A stretch of DNA of 64,000 nucleotides from the NCBI GenBank assembly GCA_963730185.1, contig CAVSQW010000015.1, positions 256,001-320,000 of the forward strand, in the 5' to 3' direction. The notes under the pieces are model-generated. The model was not told where the DNA came from. It searched no databases and saw only the letters and a program-made list of their open reading frames with translations. Positions 21,337-31,122 of the stretch are shown here, one piece after another; within the stretch, counting starts at the first letter, position 1; each line of letters opens with the position of its first letter. The stretch is from an uncultured Gemmatimonadales bacterium (GTDB lineage: Bacteria > Gemmatimonadota > Gemmatimonadetes > Gemmatimonadales > GWC2-71-9). The translations under genes were made by a program, and so were the position numbers.

Positions 21337-22562
21337 CCCCCGAAGCCGGTTTCCTGATCGCCCTCGGCCAGACCTTGGCCACCATGGCGCTCTACGATGA
21401 CGGGCACCCGGCTCGGGAGCGGGTCGTCGATGCGTCGTACGAGGCGCTGCTCGACGTGATGGCCAACCATTCCTCGCTCTGCTACTCATTTCTCGGCGGC
21501 GAGACCGTGCTCGGGGAGCGCGCGCTGGCCGAGATGGCCGCGTGGGACTGGGGCGCGCGGCTTACCGCCGCCGGGATCGAGCGGATCGAGGTCGATGCCG
21601 ACGTCTCCCGCGAGGCCTACCTCCGGTTCGTGGACGATGTGTTTCGGCGGGTCGTGGGACGGAACCTCGATACCTCGGAGGCGCCGCAGCTGGTGCGGCC
21701 ACCGATCCGCTTCGGGCTGCTTCGGGTCGGCGGGACCGGCGGCCGGGGCGTTGGTGTCGGGGGCAACGGAACCCTGGGACGGACCGGCGGCGGCCCGGGA
21801 TCGGGCCTGACGCTGGAGGAGGAGATCGAGGCGGTCGGCTGGATCCACCAGGAGGTCGAGGGCCGGGGCCTGATCCCGATGCCCGAGGTCGAGGCGGTGG
21901 TGCGCTCGTTGGCCTTCGCCATGCGGAACGACGAGCGGATGTTGCTGCCGCTGTTGGCGCTTCGGAACTACGACGAGTACACCACCACCCATGCCTGCAA
22001 CGTGGCGGTCCTGGCCATGGGGGTGAGCGAACGGCTGGGGCTGGCGCCCGACGAGGTCCGGAGCTTCGGCGTAGCCGGCCTGCTCCACGACATCGGCAAG
22101 ATTCGGATTCCCCGCGAGCTCCTGGTCAAGCCGGGCCGGTTCACCGACGAGGAGCGGCAGATCGTCCAGCGGCACCCGGTCGACGGGGCCAAGATCATCC
22201 TTCAGCGGGAGCGCGGTCTCGGGCTCGCCGCGGTCGTGGCCTACGAGCACCACGTCTATCTCAACGGTGGGGGGTATCCCGAGCTCCACTTTTCCCGGGC
22301 CTGTCACTACGCCAGCCGGATCGTCCACGTCTGCGACATCTACGACGCGCTCGGGACCGACCGACCCTATCGGAGCGCCTGGGAGCCCGAGCAGGCGCTG
22401 GCTTATCTCGAGGAGCAGGCGGGCCGGGAGCTGGATCCCGACGTCGTCCGGGCCTTCACGGAGATGGTCCGCGAGGCGGCGATCGAGCGGATTCCCTACG
22501 AGGCAGCCGGCGCCGTCGACCTCAACGCGGTGCTGGAGTCGGCCTCCGCGCCGGCTTCCTAG
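21333..22562 (+). CDS. HD-GYP domain cyclic-dinucleotide phosphodiesterase
   Basis: DEYTTTHACNV, LLHDIGK, HPVDGA, EHH..LNGGGYP, DIYDAL..DRPYR; ATGA overlap with the upstream gene. Confidence 0.9.
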   Translation: MTPEAGFLIALGQTLATMALYDDGHPARERVVDASYEALLDVMANHSSLCYSFLGGETVLGERALAEMAAWDWGARLTAAGIERIEVDADVSREAYLRFVDDVFRRVVGRNLDTSEAPQLVRPPIRFGLLRVGGTGGRGVGVGGNGTLGRTGGGPGSGLTLEEEIEAVGWIHQEVEGRGLIPMPEVEAVVRSLAFAMRNDERMLLPLLALRNYDEYTTTHACNVAVLAMGVSERLGLAPDEVRSFGVAGLLHDIGKIRIPRELLVKPGRFTDEERQIVQRHPVDGAKIILQRERGLGLAAVVAYEHHVYLNGGGYPELHFSRACHYASRIVHVCDIYDALGTDRPYRSAWEPEQALAYLEEQAGRELDPDVVRAFTEMVREAAIERIPYEAAGAVDLNAVLESASAPAS

Positions 22563-22679
22563 CCGGGCCCGGGCTCCCATCCGGCGGGGTCCGGTATAAC
22601 TTCATACCCGAGAAGCGGGAACCCGGTCCCGGGGGTGCCGCCGCTGCGCCCCGGGCCTTCTCCACCATGACGAGGACTC

Positions 22680-22940
22680 ATGTCAGACGAAAAGCTGACC
22701 CCGATCGCTCCGGCGCGCGTGGCGCAGGAGCTCAAGACCCTCAGCGACGGCCGGAAGGCCGGCAACATCCCGCCGGACGAATACGAGCACCGCTTCAGCC
22801 GGATGGTGTCGGAGCTCCGGGATCGCCGAATCGACGGGACTCGGGCCGAGATCATGGCCGCGCTCTCGCCGCTGCAGGTCGACGGCACCATCTCGATGCA
22901 GGACTGGAACCGCTTGCTCAAGCAACTGGGTTTGGCGTAG
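22680..22940 (+). CDS. Small hypothetical helical protein (86 aa)
   Basis: GAGGA RBS before the ATG; protein-like composition. Confidence 0.7.
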   Translation: MSDEKLTPIAPARVAQELKTLSDGRKAGNIPPDEYEHRFSRMVSELRDRRIDGTRAEIMAALSPLQVDGTISMQDWNRLLKQLGLA

Positions 22941-22976
22941 GGAGTCGTGAGTGGTGAAGGGTGATTGGGGAGTGAG
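22938..22976 (+). repeat. G-rich heptamer array A
   Basis: TAGGGAG TCGTGAG TGGTGAA GGGTGAT TGGGGAG TGAG, starting at the stop codon. Confidence 0.75.
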
Positions 22977-22982
22977 CAGGGG

Positions 22983-24215
22983 ATGGTGAGTCGGCGGGGG
23001 ACGCCGACCGTGCTCGTCGGTGGGGTGGCGGTCGGGTCCGAGCACCCGGTGGTGGTGCAGTCGATGACCAACACCGACACCGCCGACGTCGCGCGCACCG
23101 TCGAGCAGGTGGCGGCGCTGGCAGCGGCGGGCAGCGAGCTGGTCCGGGTTACGGTCAACACCGAGGAGGCGGCGGCCGCGGTGCCGGCCATCGTCGAGGG
23201 GCTGGCCCGGCGCGGCGTCGAGGTTCCGGTCATCGGCGACTTCCACTACAACGGGCATCTCCTCCTCACCCGCTACCCGGACTGTGCTCGGGCGCTCGCC
23301 AAGTACCGGATCAACCCCGGCAACGTGGGCGGGAAACGCCACGACGAGCACTTCGGCGCCATCATCTCGGTGGCGCTCGAGCACCACAAGCCGGTCCGGA
23401 TCGGGGTCAACTGGGGCTCCCTCGACCAGCAGGTGCTCACTGAGCTGATGGACGCGAACGCGACCCGGGCGCGGCCGTTGGAGGCTCGCGAGGTGACCCT
23501 CGACGCCATGGTCGAGAGCGCGCTCCGCTCGGCCCGCTTCGCGGAAGCACTGGGATTGCCCCACGATCGGATCATCCTCTCGGCCAAGGTCTCGGCGGTG
23601 CCCGATCTGATCGCGGTCTACCGCAAGCTCGCGGCGGCGGCCGATTACCCACTCCACCTCGGTCTCACCGAGGCAGGGCTCGGGATGAAGGGCATCGTGG
23701 CCAGCACGGCCGGCCTCGCCACTCTCCTCGGCGAGGGGATCGGCGACACCATTCGGGTCTCGCTCACGCCCGCACCGGGTGGCGACCGGGCCGAGGAGGT
23801 GCGGGTCGGCCAGCAGATCCTCCAGTCGCTCGACCTCCGGAGCTTCGTGCCCCAGGTCACCGCCTGCCCGGGCTGCGGCCGGACCACCAGCACCTTCTTC
23901 CAGTCGATGGCCCAGGACATCCAGACCCATCTCCGGGAGCGGATGGTCGAGTGGCGCGCCACCCGCCCGGGCGTGGAGTCGATGAAGGTGGCGGTAATGG
24001 GCTGCGTGGTGAACGGGCCCGGTGAGTCCAAACACGCCAATCTGGGGATCTCCCTCCCGGGCACCTTCGAGGAGCCGAAAGCACCGGTGTACGTCGACGG
24101 CCGCCTGCTCCGGACCCTGAAGGGCGACGCCATCGTGGCGGAGTTCCTGGTCATCCTCGAGGAGTACGTGGCCGCCCGTTACCCGGTCCCCGAGCCGGTG
24201 GAGGCCCCCGCCTGA
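22983..24215 (+). CDS. ispG: (E)-4-hydroxy-3-methylbut-2-enyl-diphosphate synthase
   Basis: [69 protein letters not shown]. Confidence 0.97.
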   Translation: MVSRRGTPTVLVGGVAVGSEHPVVVQSMTNTDTADVARTVEQVAALAAAGSELVRVTVNTEEAAAAVPAIVEGLARRGVEVPVIGDFHYNGHLLLTRYPDCARALAKYRINPGNVGGKRHDEHFGAIISVALEHHKPVRIGVNWGSLDQQVLTELMDANATRARPLEAREVTLDAMVESALRSARFAEALGLPHDRIILSAKVSAVPDLIAVYRKLAAAADYPLHLGLTEAGLGMKGIVASTAGLATLLGEGIGDTIRVSLTPAPGGDRAEEVRVGQQILQSLDLRSFVPQVTACPGCGRTTSTFFQSMAQDIQTHLRERMVEWRATRPGVESMKVAVMGCVVNGPGESKHANLGISLPGTFEEPKAPVYVDGRLLRTLKGDAIVAEFLVILEEYVAARYPVPEPVEAPA

Positions 24216-24907
24216 TCGAGCCGTCGTTCCTGGACCGGCCCCTCGCGGCCCTGCCCGCGCTCTTCGCGGCGGGTCTGGTCACCAGCCTCACGCCCTGCGT
24301 GTACCCCATGATTCCGATCACCGCCGGCGTGCTCGGCGGGGCCGGCGCCGTGGGGCGCTCGAAGGGGCGGACCGTGGTGCTCTCGCTCGTCTACGCTCTC
24401 GGCCTGGCGCTGGTCTACGCCACCCTCGGCCTGATCGCGGGGCTCACCGGCTCCCTGTTCGGCACCGTCAGCTCCAATCCCTGGGCCTATCTCCTGATGG
24501 GGAACCTCCTCCTCCTCGCCGGGCTGGCGATGCTGGACGTGATCCCGATCCTGGTGCCGGAGCGGCTCCTGGCCTGGGCCGGCAAGTGGGGAACGCAGTC
24601 GCTGGGCGCGGTGTTCCTGATGGGGGCCACCTCGGGGCTGGTGGCCGCGCCGTGTGGCGCTCCCGCTTTCGCGGCCGTCCTCACCTATGTGAGCGCCACC
24701 CAGAGCGCCCCGCTCGGCTTCCTCTACCTCTTCGTCTTCAGCCTCGGGATGACGGCGCTCCTGATCGTGATCGGGATCTTCTCGGGGACCGTCGCCGCGC
24801 TGCCCCGGCCCGGCCGGTGGACGCTCTGGGTCAAGCGGCTGGCAGCGGTCGTGATGCTGGCGATGGCCGAGTACTACTTCGTCAAGGCGGGTCAGGGACT
24901 TATATAG
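24212..24907 (+). CDS. ccdA: CcdA/DsbD-beta thiol:disulfide transporter (probable CTG start)
   Basis: [12 protein letters not shown] and LVAAPCG cysteine motifs, about 6 TM helices; first Cys lies upstream of the first ATG/GTG/TTG. Confidence 0.85.
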   Translation: MIEPSFLDRPLAALPALFAAGLVTSLTPCVYPMIPITAGVLGGAGAVGRSKGRTVVLSLVYALGLALVYATLGLIAGLTGSLFGTVSSNPWAYLLMGNLLLLAGLAMLDVIPILVPERLLAWAGKWGTQSLGAVFLMGATSGLVAAPCGAPAFAAVLTYVSATQSAPLGFLYLFVFSLGMTALLIVIGIFSGTVAALPRPGRWTLWVKRLAAVVMLAMAEYYFVKAGQGLI

Positions 24908-24910
24908 ACT

Positions 24911-24963
24911 TAGGGAATAGGGACTCGGGAGTTGGGAGTAGGGAGGGAATAGGGAGTAGGGGG
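24911..24963 (+). repeat. G-rich heptamer array B
   Basis: TAGGGAA TAGGGAC TCGGGAG TTGGGAG TAGGGA GGGAA TAGGGAG TAGGGGG. Confidence 0.85.
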
Positions 24964-24983
24964 CGCTTGGATTGGAGGCTGGT

Positions 24984-25487
24984 ATGCGGGTCGCGGGGGT
25001 GGCGTTGGTGCTGGCGGCCGGGGTGATCACGGCCCGCCCGGCGGCGGCGCAGTTCGATGCCGGGATCGCGGTGGGAACCAAGGCGCCGGTGGTGGCCGTT
25101 CACGATCTCGAGGGCAAGGCGGTCGATCTCGGGGCCTACATCGGCAAGAAGCCGGTGATGCTCGAGTTCTGGGCCACCTGGTGCGCCCTCTGCAAAGCGC
25201 TCTATCCGCAGCTGGGCAAGGTGCACCAGACCTACGGAAATCGGGTCCAGATGATTGGGATCAACGTGACCGTCAACGATCCCAAGGCGCGCGTGAAGAA
25301 GTACGTGGAGCGATATCGGCCTCCCTTCCTGACCCTGTACGACGACCAAGGCGTGAGCAGCCGGGCGTACGACGTGCCGACGACCTCGTTCATCGTGGTG
25401 ATCGACGCGGGAGGGACGGTGGTCTACACCGGCTCCGGTGAAGATCAGGATTTGGTGGCTGCGGTGGGGAAGGCGGTGGCCAAGTGA
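24984..25487 (+). CDS. TlpA/ResA-like exported thioredoxin
   Basis: GGAGG RBS; signal peptide; EFWATWCALC CxxC motif; VPT cis-Pro. Confidence 0.9.
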   Translation: MRVAGVALVLAAGVITARPAAAQFDAGIAVGTKAPVVAVHDLEGKAVDLGAYIGKKPVMLEFWATWCALCKALYPQLGKVHQTYGNRVQMIGINVTVNDPKARVKKYVERYRPPFLTLYDDQGVSSRAYDVPTTSFIVVIDAGGTVVYTGSGEDQDLVAAVGKAVAK

Positions 25488-26047
25488 TCGGGAGAGTGGC
25501 GGTCCTGGCGGTGCTCGTCCTGGCTGCGGCTCCGTCCGTCCAGGCGCCCCTGTTCGCCCAGAAGCCGCTTCGCGCCGCGATGCTCGGCGACCCCCGGGTG
25601 GGGCGCGACGCCCCGGACTTTACGCTGCCCTACCTCACCGAGGCTGGGCCCGGGCCGGCCGATCAGCCCTTTCATCTCCGGGCCGAGTTGGGGCGGAAGG
25701 TGGTGCTGGTGTTCGGCGGCGCGCCCGGCGATTCGCTGGTCAGGGCCACCTGGGATTACCTCGCGGGGCAGGCGGAGAGCCTCTTCCGGCCGGGGATCGT
25801 GGTGGCTGGGGTGGTGAACGGCACCGCCCTGGAGGCTGGCGCCCTGGCGGCCGGCCGGCCGCCGACCTTCAAGTTCCTGGCCGATTCCCAGGGCGACGTC
25901 CACCGGCAGTTCGGGGTGGTCCGGTCGGCCAAGCGGCTCACGGTCTTCGTGGTGGCCGACGACGGGACGGTGGCGTACCGGTCGCGGGGGTTCCGGGTGG
26001 ACGATCCGGGCGAGATGGTCCGCCTTCGGAAAGCACTGGCTCCCTGA
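25484..26047 (+). CDS. Exported peroxiredoxin/redoxin-fold protein with no cysteines
   Basis: VGRDAPDFTL, GRKVVLVF, FKFLADSQGDV.RQFGV, TVFVVADDGTV follow the AhpC/BCP fold; no Cys in 187 aa. Confidence 0.75.
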   Translation: MIGRVAVLAVLVLAAAPSVQAPLFAQKPLRAAMLGDPRVGRDAPDFTLPYLTEAGPGPADQPFHLRAELGRKVVLVFGGAPGDSLVRATWDYLAGQAESLFRPGIVVAGVVNGTALEAGALAAGRPPTFKFLADSQGDVHRQFGVVRSAKRLTVFVVADDGTVAYRSRGFRVDDPGEMVRLRKALAP

Positions 26048-26187
26048 TCGTCGTTTGTTCGGGGGTGTTTGGGTCGAGGGATTTCTGCAACATATTGCGT
26101 CAGGATGCGGTGCCTTGCCGGTGTCTTGGAATGAGGCAGGGCGGCGCCAAGATCTCCATTGATAAACCATTGCTTGCAGCCCACTTG

Positions 26188-26203
26188 CGGCACGGGCCTT
26201 GCT
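26188..26203 (+). promoter_or_regulatory. Candidate sigma54 (-24/-12) promoter
   Basis: CGGCACG-GGCC-TTGCT matches YGGCACG-N4-TTGCW with exact spacing, within the 600-bp intergenic region upstream of the surface lipoprotein gene. Confidence 0.5.
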
Positions 26204-26644
26204 TGCCAGGTGTCGACCATTTCACGGTCTGGTGCAAGGCATGCTTGATCCTGCGGTTTGCGGGTTGAGGAGGGGGCTCGAGCCGTCCAAGGTGTGGCGT
26301 GGTCAGGGTTTGCGGCTCTTGACCCGAGTTCCTGGCTGCGTTAGCTTTGGGTCTTGTACTCTACCGGCTTTACGCAGTCCAATCGCAGGCAGCGCAACTT
26401 TTTCGGTCCTGGCCCGGGCGCCGTTTTTTGCCCGGTGGGGCCTTCCGGACTGTAGGGAGGCTGGTGTCGAGCGGGGTGGGTCGCCAGGCGGAGTGAGGCC
26501 GAGCGGAAAGTGTGCTCTGGCTCACAGCGCGTCGGCGGGCTTCTCGCTAGCATGTAAAGCAGTGTGGGCGAACCGGCAGGACAAGTGCGTTCGGAAGTAG
26601 TGGCTCAGAACCAGTCTGTTGTCTCACGATCCTAGGGGGAGTGC

Positions 26645-29419
26645 ATGAACAGGGTTTATCGCAGTTTACTGCTGACCGGCATCGTGGCCGTTGGCCTCGC
26701 CGGCTGCGGTGACGATGTCACGGTAACGGCGCCGCCTCCGCCGCCGCCGCCGGGAATCACCGCAGTCACGGTGACGCCTGACAACGTCGCCGTCAATCCG
26801 GGCCAGACGGTCCAGATGACGGCCAACGTCACGGCCGAAGCTGGGGCGACCTACACGGTGACCTGGCAAAGCAGCGACGCGACCCGGGCCAGCGTGAGCG
26901 CCAGCGGCCTGGTCACGATCGTCGCCAACGCGCCGGTTGGTCCGGTTTCGATCCAGGCGACGGCCACCACGGCCGACGGCGCCTCGTCCTCGGGTGCGGC
27001 CACGCTGAACGTCGTGCCGGCGAACGCCAACACGCCGCAGGTCAGCATCGCGGCCGTGAATCAGAACCCAACCGGTGTGCCCGCGAACCTCGCGGCGGCA
27101 TTCGGTCAGCTCGACGTGGTCATCAACCTCGAGCGCAACAACACCGTGGTCGAGAAGCTCCAGCTGATCATCGACACCGAGACCGGTGACTCGGTGGTCG
27201 CCGAGCAGACCTTCGCCACGCCTGCCGTTCAGGCCGGTCCGGCGGCGGTTCCTGAAGTGATCACCCAGTCGTTCAACAGCGCGAACTTCGCGTGCACCGC
27301 GACGGCCTGCATGCCGTCGTTCCTCAACCGCCAGCACATCGTCAAGGCCAAGGTCCTCTACGGCGGCGCCGGCGCCAGCAACGCGAGCAACAGCGTCCAG
27401 GTGACCTTCGCGAACGCCAATGCGTTCACGGGGACCATCGCGATGACGGGCACCGTGAAGACCGCGATCAACGCGGGCGGCCTGAAGTTCGACCGCGGCG
27501 GCCTCGACATCACCATCATTCCGGTCATCTACACCGGGAACCTGACCATGACCAACGGCACGGTCAGCTTCGGCAGCGCCTGCGATGTCGGCGGCACCGG
27601 TAAGCGGACCTTGACGCTCACCCCGCCGACGGCCGGCTCGGCCTTCACCGCTTCGTTCCCGGAGACGGCGACCGGCGGCCCGGCGGTCACCAATGTCATG
27701 GGCTACGAGTTCAACACCGCCGCCTGCGGCGTCGGCTTCCCGGCCGGTGAGTTCCCCACCGTCACCGCGGTCGGCAGTAACGGCAACAACCTGACCCTGG
27801 CCGCCGCCGGTTTGACGGGCCTCCGGCTCGACAACCGGGCGCCGGGCGCGCCGACCTTCGTGGCCAACCCGAACGTCCGGCAGAACGGCTGGCTCAACGC
27901 GGCCGTGGATCTCGCGGGCGTGAACAGCGGCACCAACCTCGACGGCTGGCTCGCCAATGGCGCGGCCGACGGCGGCGTGGGCGGGTACGCCCGGCTCGTC
28001 CGGATCGCTCCCGCTACCGGCGGCTTGGTCGACGACGCGATCGCGGCTACCGCCAGCAGCACGCCGGCTCTGCCCGCTCCGACCGCGACCAACATCAGCG
28101 ACTGCGCCGTCATTAGCGCGCAGGACCTGCTCGAGAACGAGTCGGCCCTCCCCGCCGCCGGGACCACCTGCACTGTACCGCCCGCCGGTTCGTCGGTGGC
28201 GGTTGCCCTTCAGCATCTGGCGTTCGGCGTCGACATCGCGCCGCCCACGATCGCCTTCTCGGGCGGTCTGGCAGCCAACGCGCGAATCAACACCGCCACC
28301 GTTGGCACCGAGTTCCAGGTCACCGTGACCGATACGGGCACCGTCGGTAACTCCGGCATGCTCAGCGGCTCCGCCGTGGTCGGCACGGTCCAGATCCGGA
28401 ATGCCACCGGCACCAGCTGCTTCGTCGGCGCCGTCGTGGCCGGCGTCTGCACTCCGGTCAGCGTGAATGCCGCTCCGGCCTTCCCGCTGGTTCCGACCAC
28501 CACCGTGGCCGGCAACGGTACCGTTGGCTACTACACCTACGACGCGGTCTCGAAGGACGCCGCGGGCAACACCTCGGCCAACGTGACTCGTGTGGTCGCG
28601 TTCGACCAGGCGGCCAACGTGCCGGCCCTGACGCAGGCGCTGTTCAATACGCCGCTCACCGGCCCCAGCGTGGTCTTCAATGCCAACGCGTCGGATAACT
28701 TCGACCTGTGGAACGTGACCTACACGCTGGCGTACGGCGGCGGTCTCGCGGGTCCGCTGGTCTATCCGGCCGTCACCCTCAATACGTTCAACGGCAATCC
28801 GCTGGTGAACAGCAACGCCCCGGCTGGCATCACGATCAACGGCTTCGTCCGGCAGATCGAGGCCGTCACGGGCAATGCTCCGCTCGCCGCCGCCGGTGGC
28901 GCGTTCAAGCCGGTCGGTATCACCGGCGTGGCGCTCGACCAGGCCAACAACGCCAGTGGCGCGGTAGGAACGGGTATCCCCGGTGCCGCCGTCCCCGCTG
29001 GGACCTCGTACATCGCCGTTGCCGATCCTACCCAGCAGGTCGATAGCTGGGCCCTGGTGGCGCCGAGCGCGGCGGTCAACATCTCCGACGGCGCTGGCCC
29101 GGCCGCGGCGGTGAACCCCCTCTCGGTGACGCTGACGGCTTCCGTGGCCGGTCCGACCGCGACCTTCAACCCGCCCTTCAGCCGCGTGGACTTCTACGTG
29201 CTGGTCGGTGGCAACCTGGTCCAGATCGGAACCACGACGAGCATCTCCACGGTGGATGACGGCTCGCCCAACGGCCGCGTCCATTCGTACACGATGTCGT
29301 GGACGCCGGGCACGGTTGCCGGTCTGGGTGCCGTCTCGGTCTACGCGGTTGGCGTCAGCGCTGCTGGCGACGGCCTCGTGACCCCGGTCAACGGCAACAT
29401 CACGATCACCAACCCGTAA
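26645..29419 (+). CDS. Large Ig-like-domain surface lipoprotein (924 aa), candidate major envelope/S-layer-like protein
   Basis: GGGGGAG RBS; lipobox LAGC; P7 linker; Big_2-like VTWQSSD...ASVSASGLVT; T/A/G/V/N-rich beta composition. Confidence 0.85.
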   Translation: MNRVYRSLLLTGIVAVGLAGCGDDVTVTAPPPPPPPGITAVTVTPDNVAVNPGQTVQMTANVTAEAGATYTVTWQSSDATRASVSASGLVTIVANAPVGPVSIQATATTADGASSSGAATLNVVPANANTPQVSIAAVNQNPTGVPANLAAAFGQLDVVINLERNNTVVEKLQLIIDTETGDSVVAEQTFATPAVQAGPAAVPEVITQSFNSANFACTATACMPSFLNRQHIVKAKVLYGGAGASNASNSVQVTFANANAFTGTIAMTGTVKTAINAGGLKFDRGGLDITIIPVIYTGNLTMTNGTVSFGSACDVGGTGKRTLTLTPPTAGSAFTASFPETATGGPAVTNVMGYEFNTAACGVGFPAGEFPTVTAVGSNGNNLTLAAAGLTGLRLDNRAPGAPTFVANPNVRQNGWLNAAVDLAGVNSGTNLDGWLANGAADGGVGGYARLVRIAPATGGLVDDAIAATASSTPALPAPTATNISDCAVISAQDLLENESALPAAGTTCTVPPAGSSVAVALQHLAFGVDIAPPTIAFSGGLAANARINTATVGTEFQVTVTDTGTVGNSGMLSGSAVVGTVQIRNATGTSCFVGAVVAGVCTPVSVNAAPAFPLVPTTTVAGNGTVGYYTYDAVSKDAAGNTSANVTRVVAFDQAANVPALTQALFNTPLTGPSVVFNANASDNFDLWNVTYTLAYGGGLAGPLVYPAVTLNTFNGNPLVNSNAPAGITINGFVRQIEAVTGNAPLAAAGGAFKPVGITGVALDQANNASGAVGTGIPGAAVPAGTSYIAVADPTQQVDSWALVAPSAAVNISDGAGPAAAVNPLSVTLTASVAGPTATFNPPFSRVDFYVLVGGNLVQIGTTTSISTVDDGSPNGRVHSYTMSWTPGTVAGLGAVSVYAVGVSAAGDGLVTPVNGNITITNP

Positions 29420-29450
29420 GCTCGCTCCTGAGCTGACGGAACCGCTCTAG

Positions 29451-29488
29451 CCAAGGGGTCCGGTCGAAAGACCGGGCCCCTTTGGTTT
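29451..29488 (+). terminator. Intrinsic terminator
   Basis: AAGGGGTCCGGTC-GAAA-GACCGGGCCCCTT followed by TGGTTT. Confidence 0.8.
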
Positions 29489-29649
29489 GCGGGAGACGAG
29501 GGGCCGCGAGGCCCCTCGTTGCGCTATTACGACTCCTTCGCGGGGGAATTTCGAACCGCGGACGGTTGATCCTCGGAAGAGGGCGAGGCCTAGCGTGGGC
29601 TGCGTGACCCGGCAGCTCACCCACCCTCCCTTGACCCGAGGTTCTTGCC

Positions 29650-31122
29650 ATGCCTTCCAGACCACTCCCGCGACCGCTTTCGGTAGTCCTCCCCCTGCTT
29701 GCCTTGACGCTCGCCGGCGGCGCCTGCGCCGATCCCTCGGGGCCGGCGGAGCTTGCTGCTCCCGAGCTCGCCGTTGGGCGGAATGCCGGCGACACGGCGG
29801 GCAGCTACATCGTCGTGCTCCGGCCCTCGTCCGCCGCCCGAGGGTCCTCCCGGACCCTCCAGCGCCAGTTTGCCAAGCGAATGCACTTCGACTACCAGAC
29901 GGTCCTGGTCGGGTTCGCCGCCGACCTGACGGCACCGGCGGTCCGTGCCCTCCGCCGCCGGCCCGAGGTCGCGTACGTGGTGCCGGACGGGCCGGTCGTC
30001 CCGGCCGGGCTGGATGCCACGGCGGGCTGGGGAGTGGGCCGGATCGACCAGCGGTATGGCCCGTCGGACAGCCGGTTCGCGTATGGCACGACCGGGAGCG
30101 GCGTCAACATTTACATCGTCGACACCGGCATCGACGTGGCCCATCCGGACTTCGGGGGTCGGGCCGCCGGCGCCTGGTCATGGGATCCGGCCGGCTATCC
30201 TGCGGGTCAGGACTGCAACGGCCATGGCACGGCCGTGGCGAGCGTCGCGGCGGGATCGGAATATGGGGTGGCGAAGGGCGCTCGGATCTGGTCGGTTCGC
30301 GCCCGCGACTGCAACGCCCACGGAACCAAGAGTCGATACATCGCGGCCATGGAGTGGGTGGCGAGAAATCATCTGAAACCGGCGGTGATGAATCTCAGCT
30401 TCGAGGTGTGGGATGGCACCGGATTGAACACTCACTATCCAGTCCGCGACGCCGCCATCGGGGCCAAGAACGCCGGGGTCTTCGTGGTCGCCGCCGCCGG
30501 CAATCGGGGCACCGACGCCTGCTCGTCGGCCCCGGCCAACGCCCTCCCGATCATGACCGTGGGGGCCACCGACCCGGCCGATTCCCGGCCGGCATTTTCC
30601 AACTACGGATCGTGTGTCGATCTGTTCGCCCCGGGAACGTCGATTAGCGCCGCGAACCATACGGGCGGGTACGGCCAGTGGACCGGGACGTCGTTCGCCG
30701 CGCCGATCGTGGCCGGCATCGGGGCGCTGCTGTTCGAGCGCTACCCGACCGACTCGCCGGACCAGATTCACTACGCCATCCGGGATGGCGCCACCGCGGG
30801 TGTGGTCCGGAACCCCGGGCCGAGCTCGCCCAATCTCCTGGCCTACTCCCAATTGCCGGTCCCGGTCTACACCTCGATCACCGGCCCCTCTCAGGTAGGC
30901 CCGTTCATGCACTGCACCTGGATTGCCGACGTCCGCGGCGGGCGGGCGCCGTTTCAATACACCTGGAGCGGGATTCTGTCCGGCTTCTCGAATCTGATGT
31001 CGGGTCAGGTGAGCGGTCTCGGATCGCTCAATCTCACGGTGCGTGATGCCTTGGGCGGGACGGCATCGTCGAGTCGATTCGTGCGGGTCGATCCGGCCAA
31101 CCACTCCACTTGGTGCGCCTGA
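29650..31122 (+). CDS. S8 subtilase (aqualysin/proteinase K-like), probable lipoprotein
   Basis: LAGGAC; I9-like propeptide (YIVVL); IVDTGI, DCNGHGT, AAAGN, FSNYGSCVDLFAPG, GTSFAAP. Confidence 0.92.
   Translation: MPSRPLPRPLSVVLPLLALTLAGGACADPSGPAELAAPELAVGRNAGDTAGSYIVVLRPSSAARGSSRTLQRQFAKRMHFDYQTVLVGFAADLTAPAVRALRRRPEVAYVVPDGPVVPAGLDATAGWGVGRIDQRYGPSDSRFAYGTTGSGVNIYIVDTGIDVAHPDFGGRAAGAWSWDPAGYPAGQDCNGHGTAVASVAAGSEYGVAKGARIWSVRARDCNAHGTKSRYIAAMEWVARNHLKPAVMNLSFEVWDGTGLNTHYPVRDAAIGAKNAGVFVVAAAGNRGTDACSSAPANALPIMTVGATDPADSRPAFSNYGSCVDLFAPGTSISAANHTGGYGQWTGTSFAAPIVAGIGALLFERYPTDSPDQIHYAIRDGATAGVVRNPGPSSPNLLAYSQLPVPVYTSITGPSQVGPFMHCTWIADVRGGRAPFQYTWSGILSGFSNLMSGQVSGLGSLNLTVRDALGGTASSSRFVRVDPANHSTWCA

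Noticed and set aside
26199..26600. 133-aa ORF inside the long intergenic region
   Set aside because: No RBS, atypical codon usage and composition; more likely non-coding leader.
26666..29284. Very long antisense or alternate-frame ORFs (also 18946-21489, 54707-57658, 58152-60857 and others)
   Set aside because: Shadow ORFs expected from high GC3 codon bias; they overlap well-supported genes and carry no recognisable motifs.
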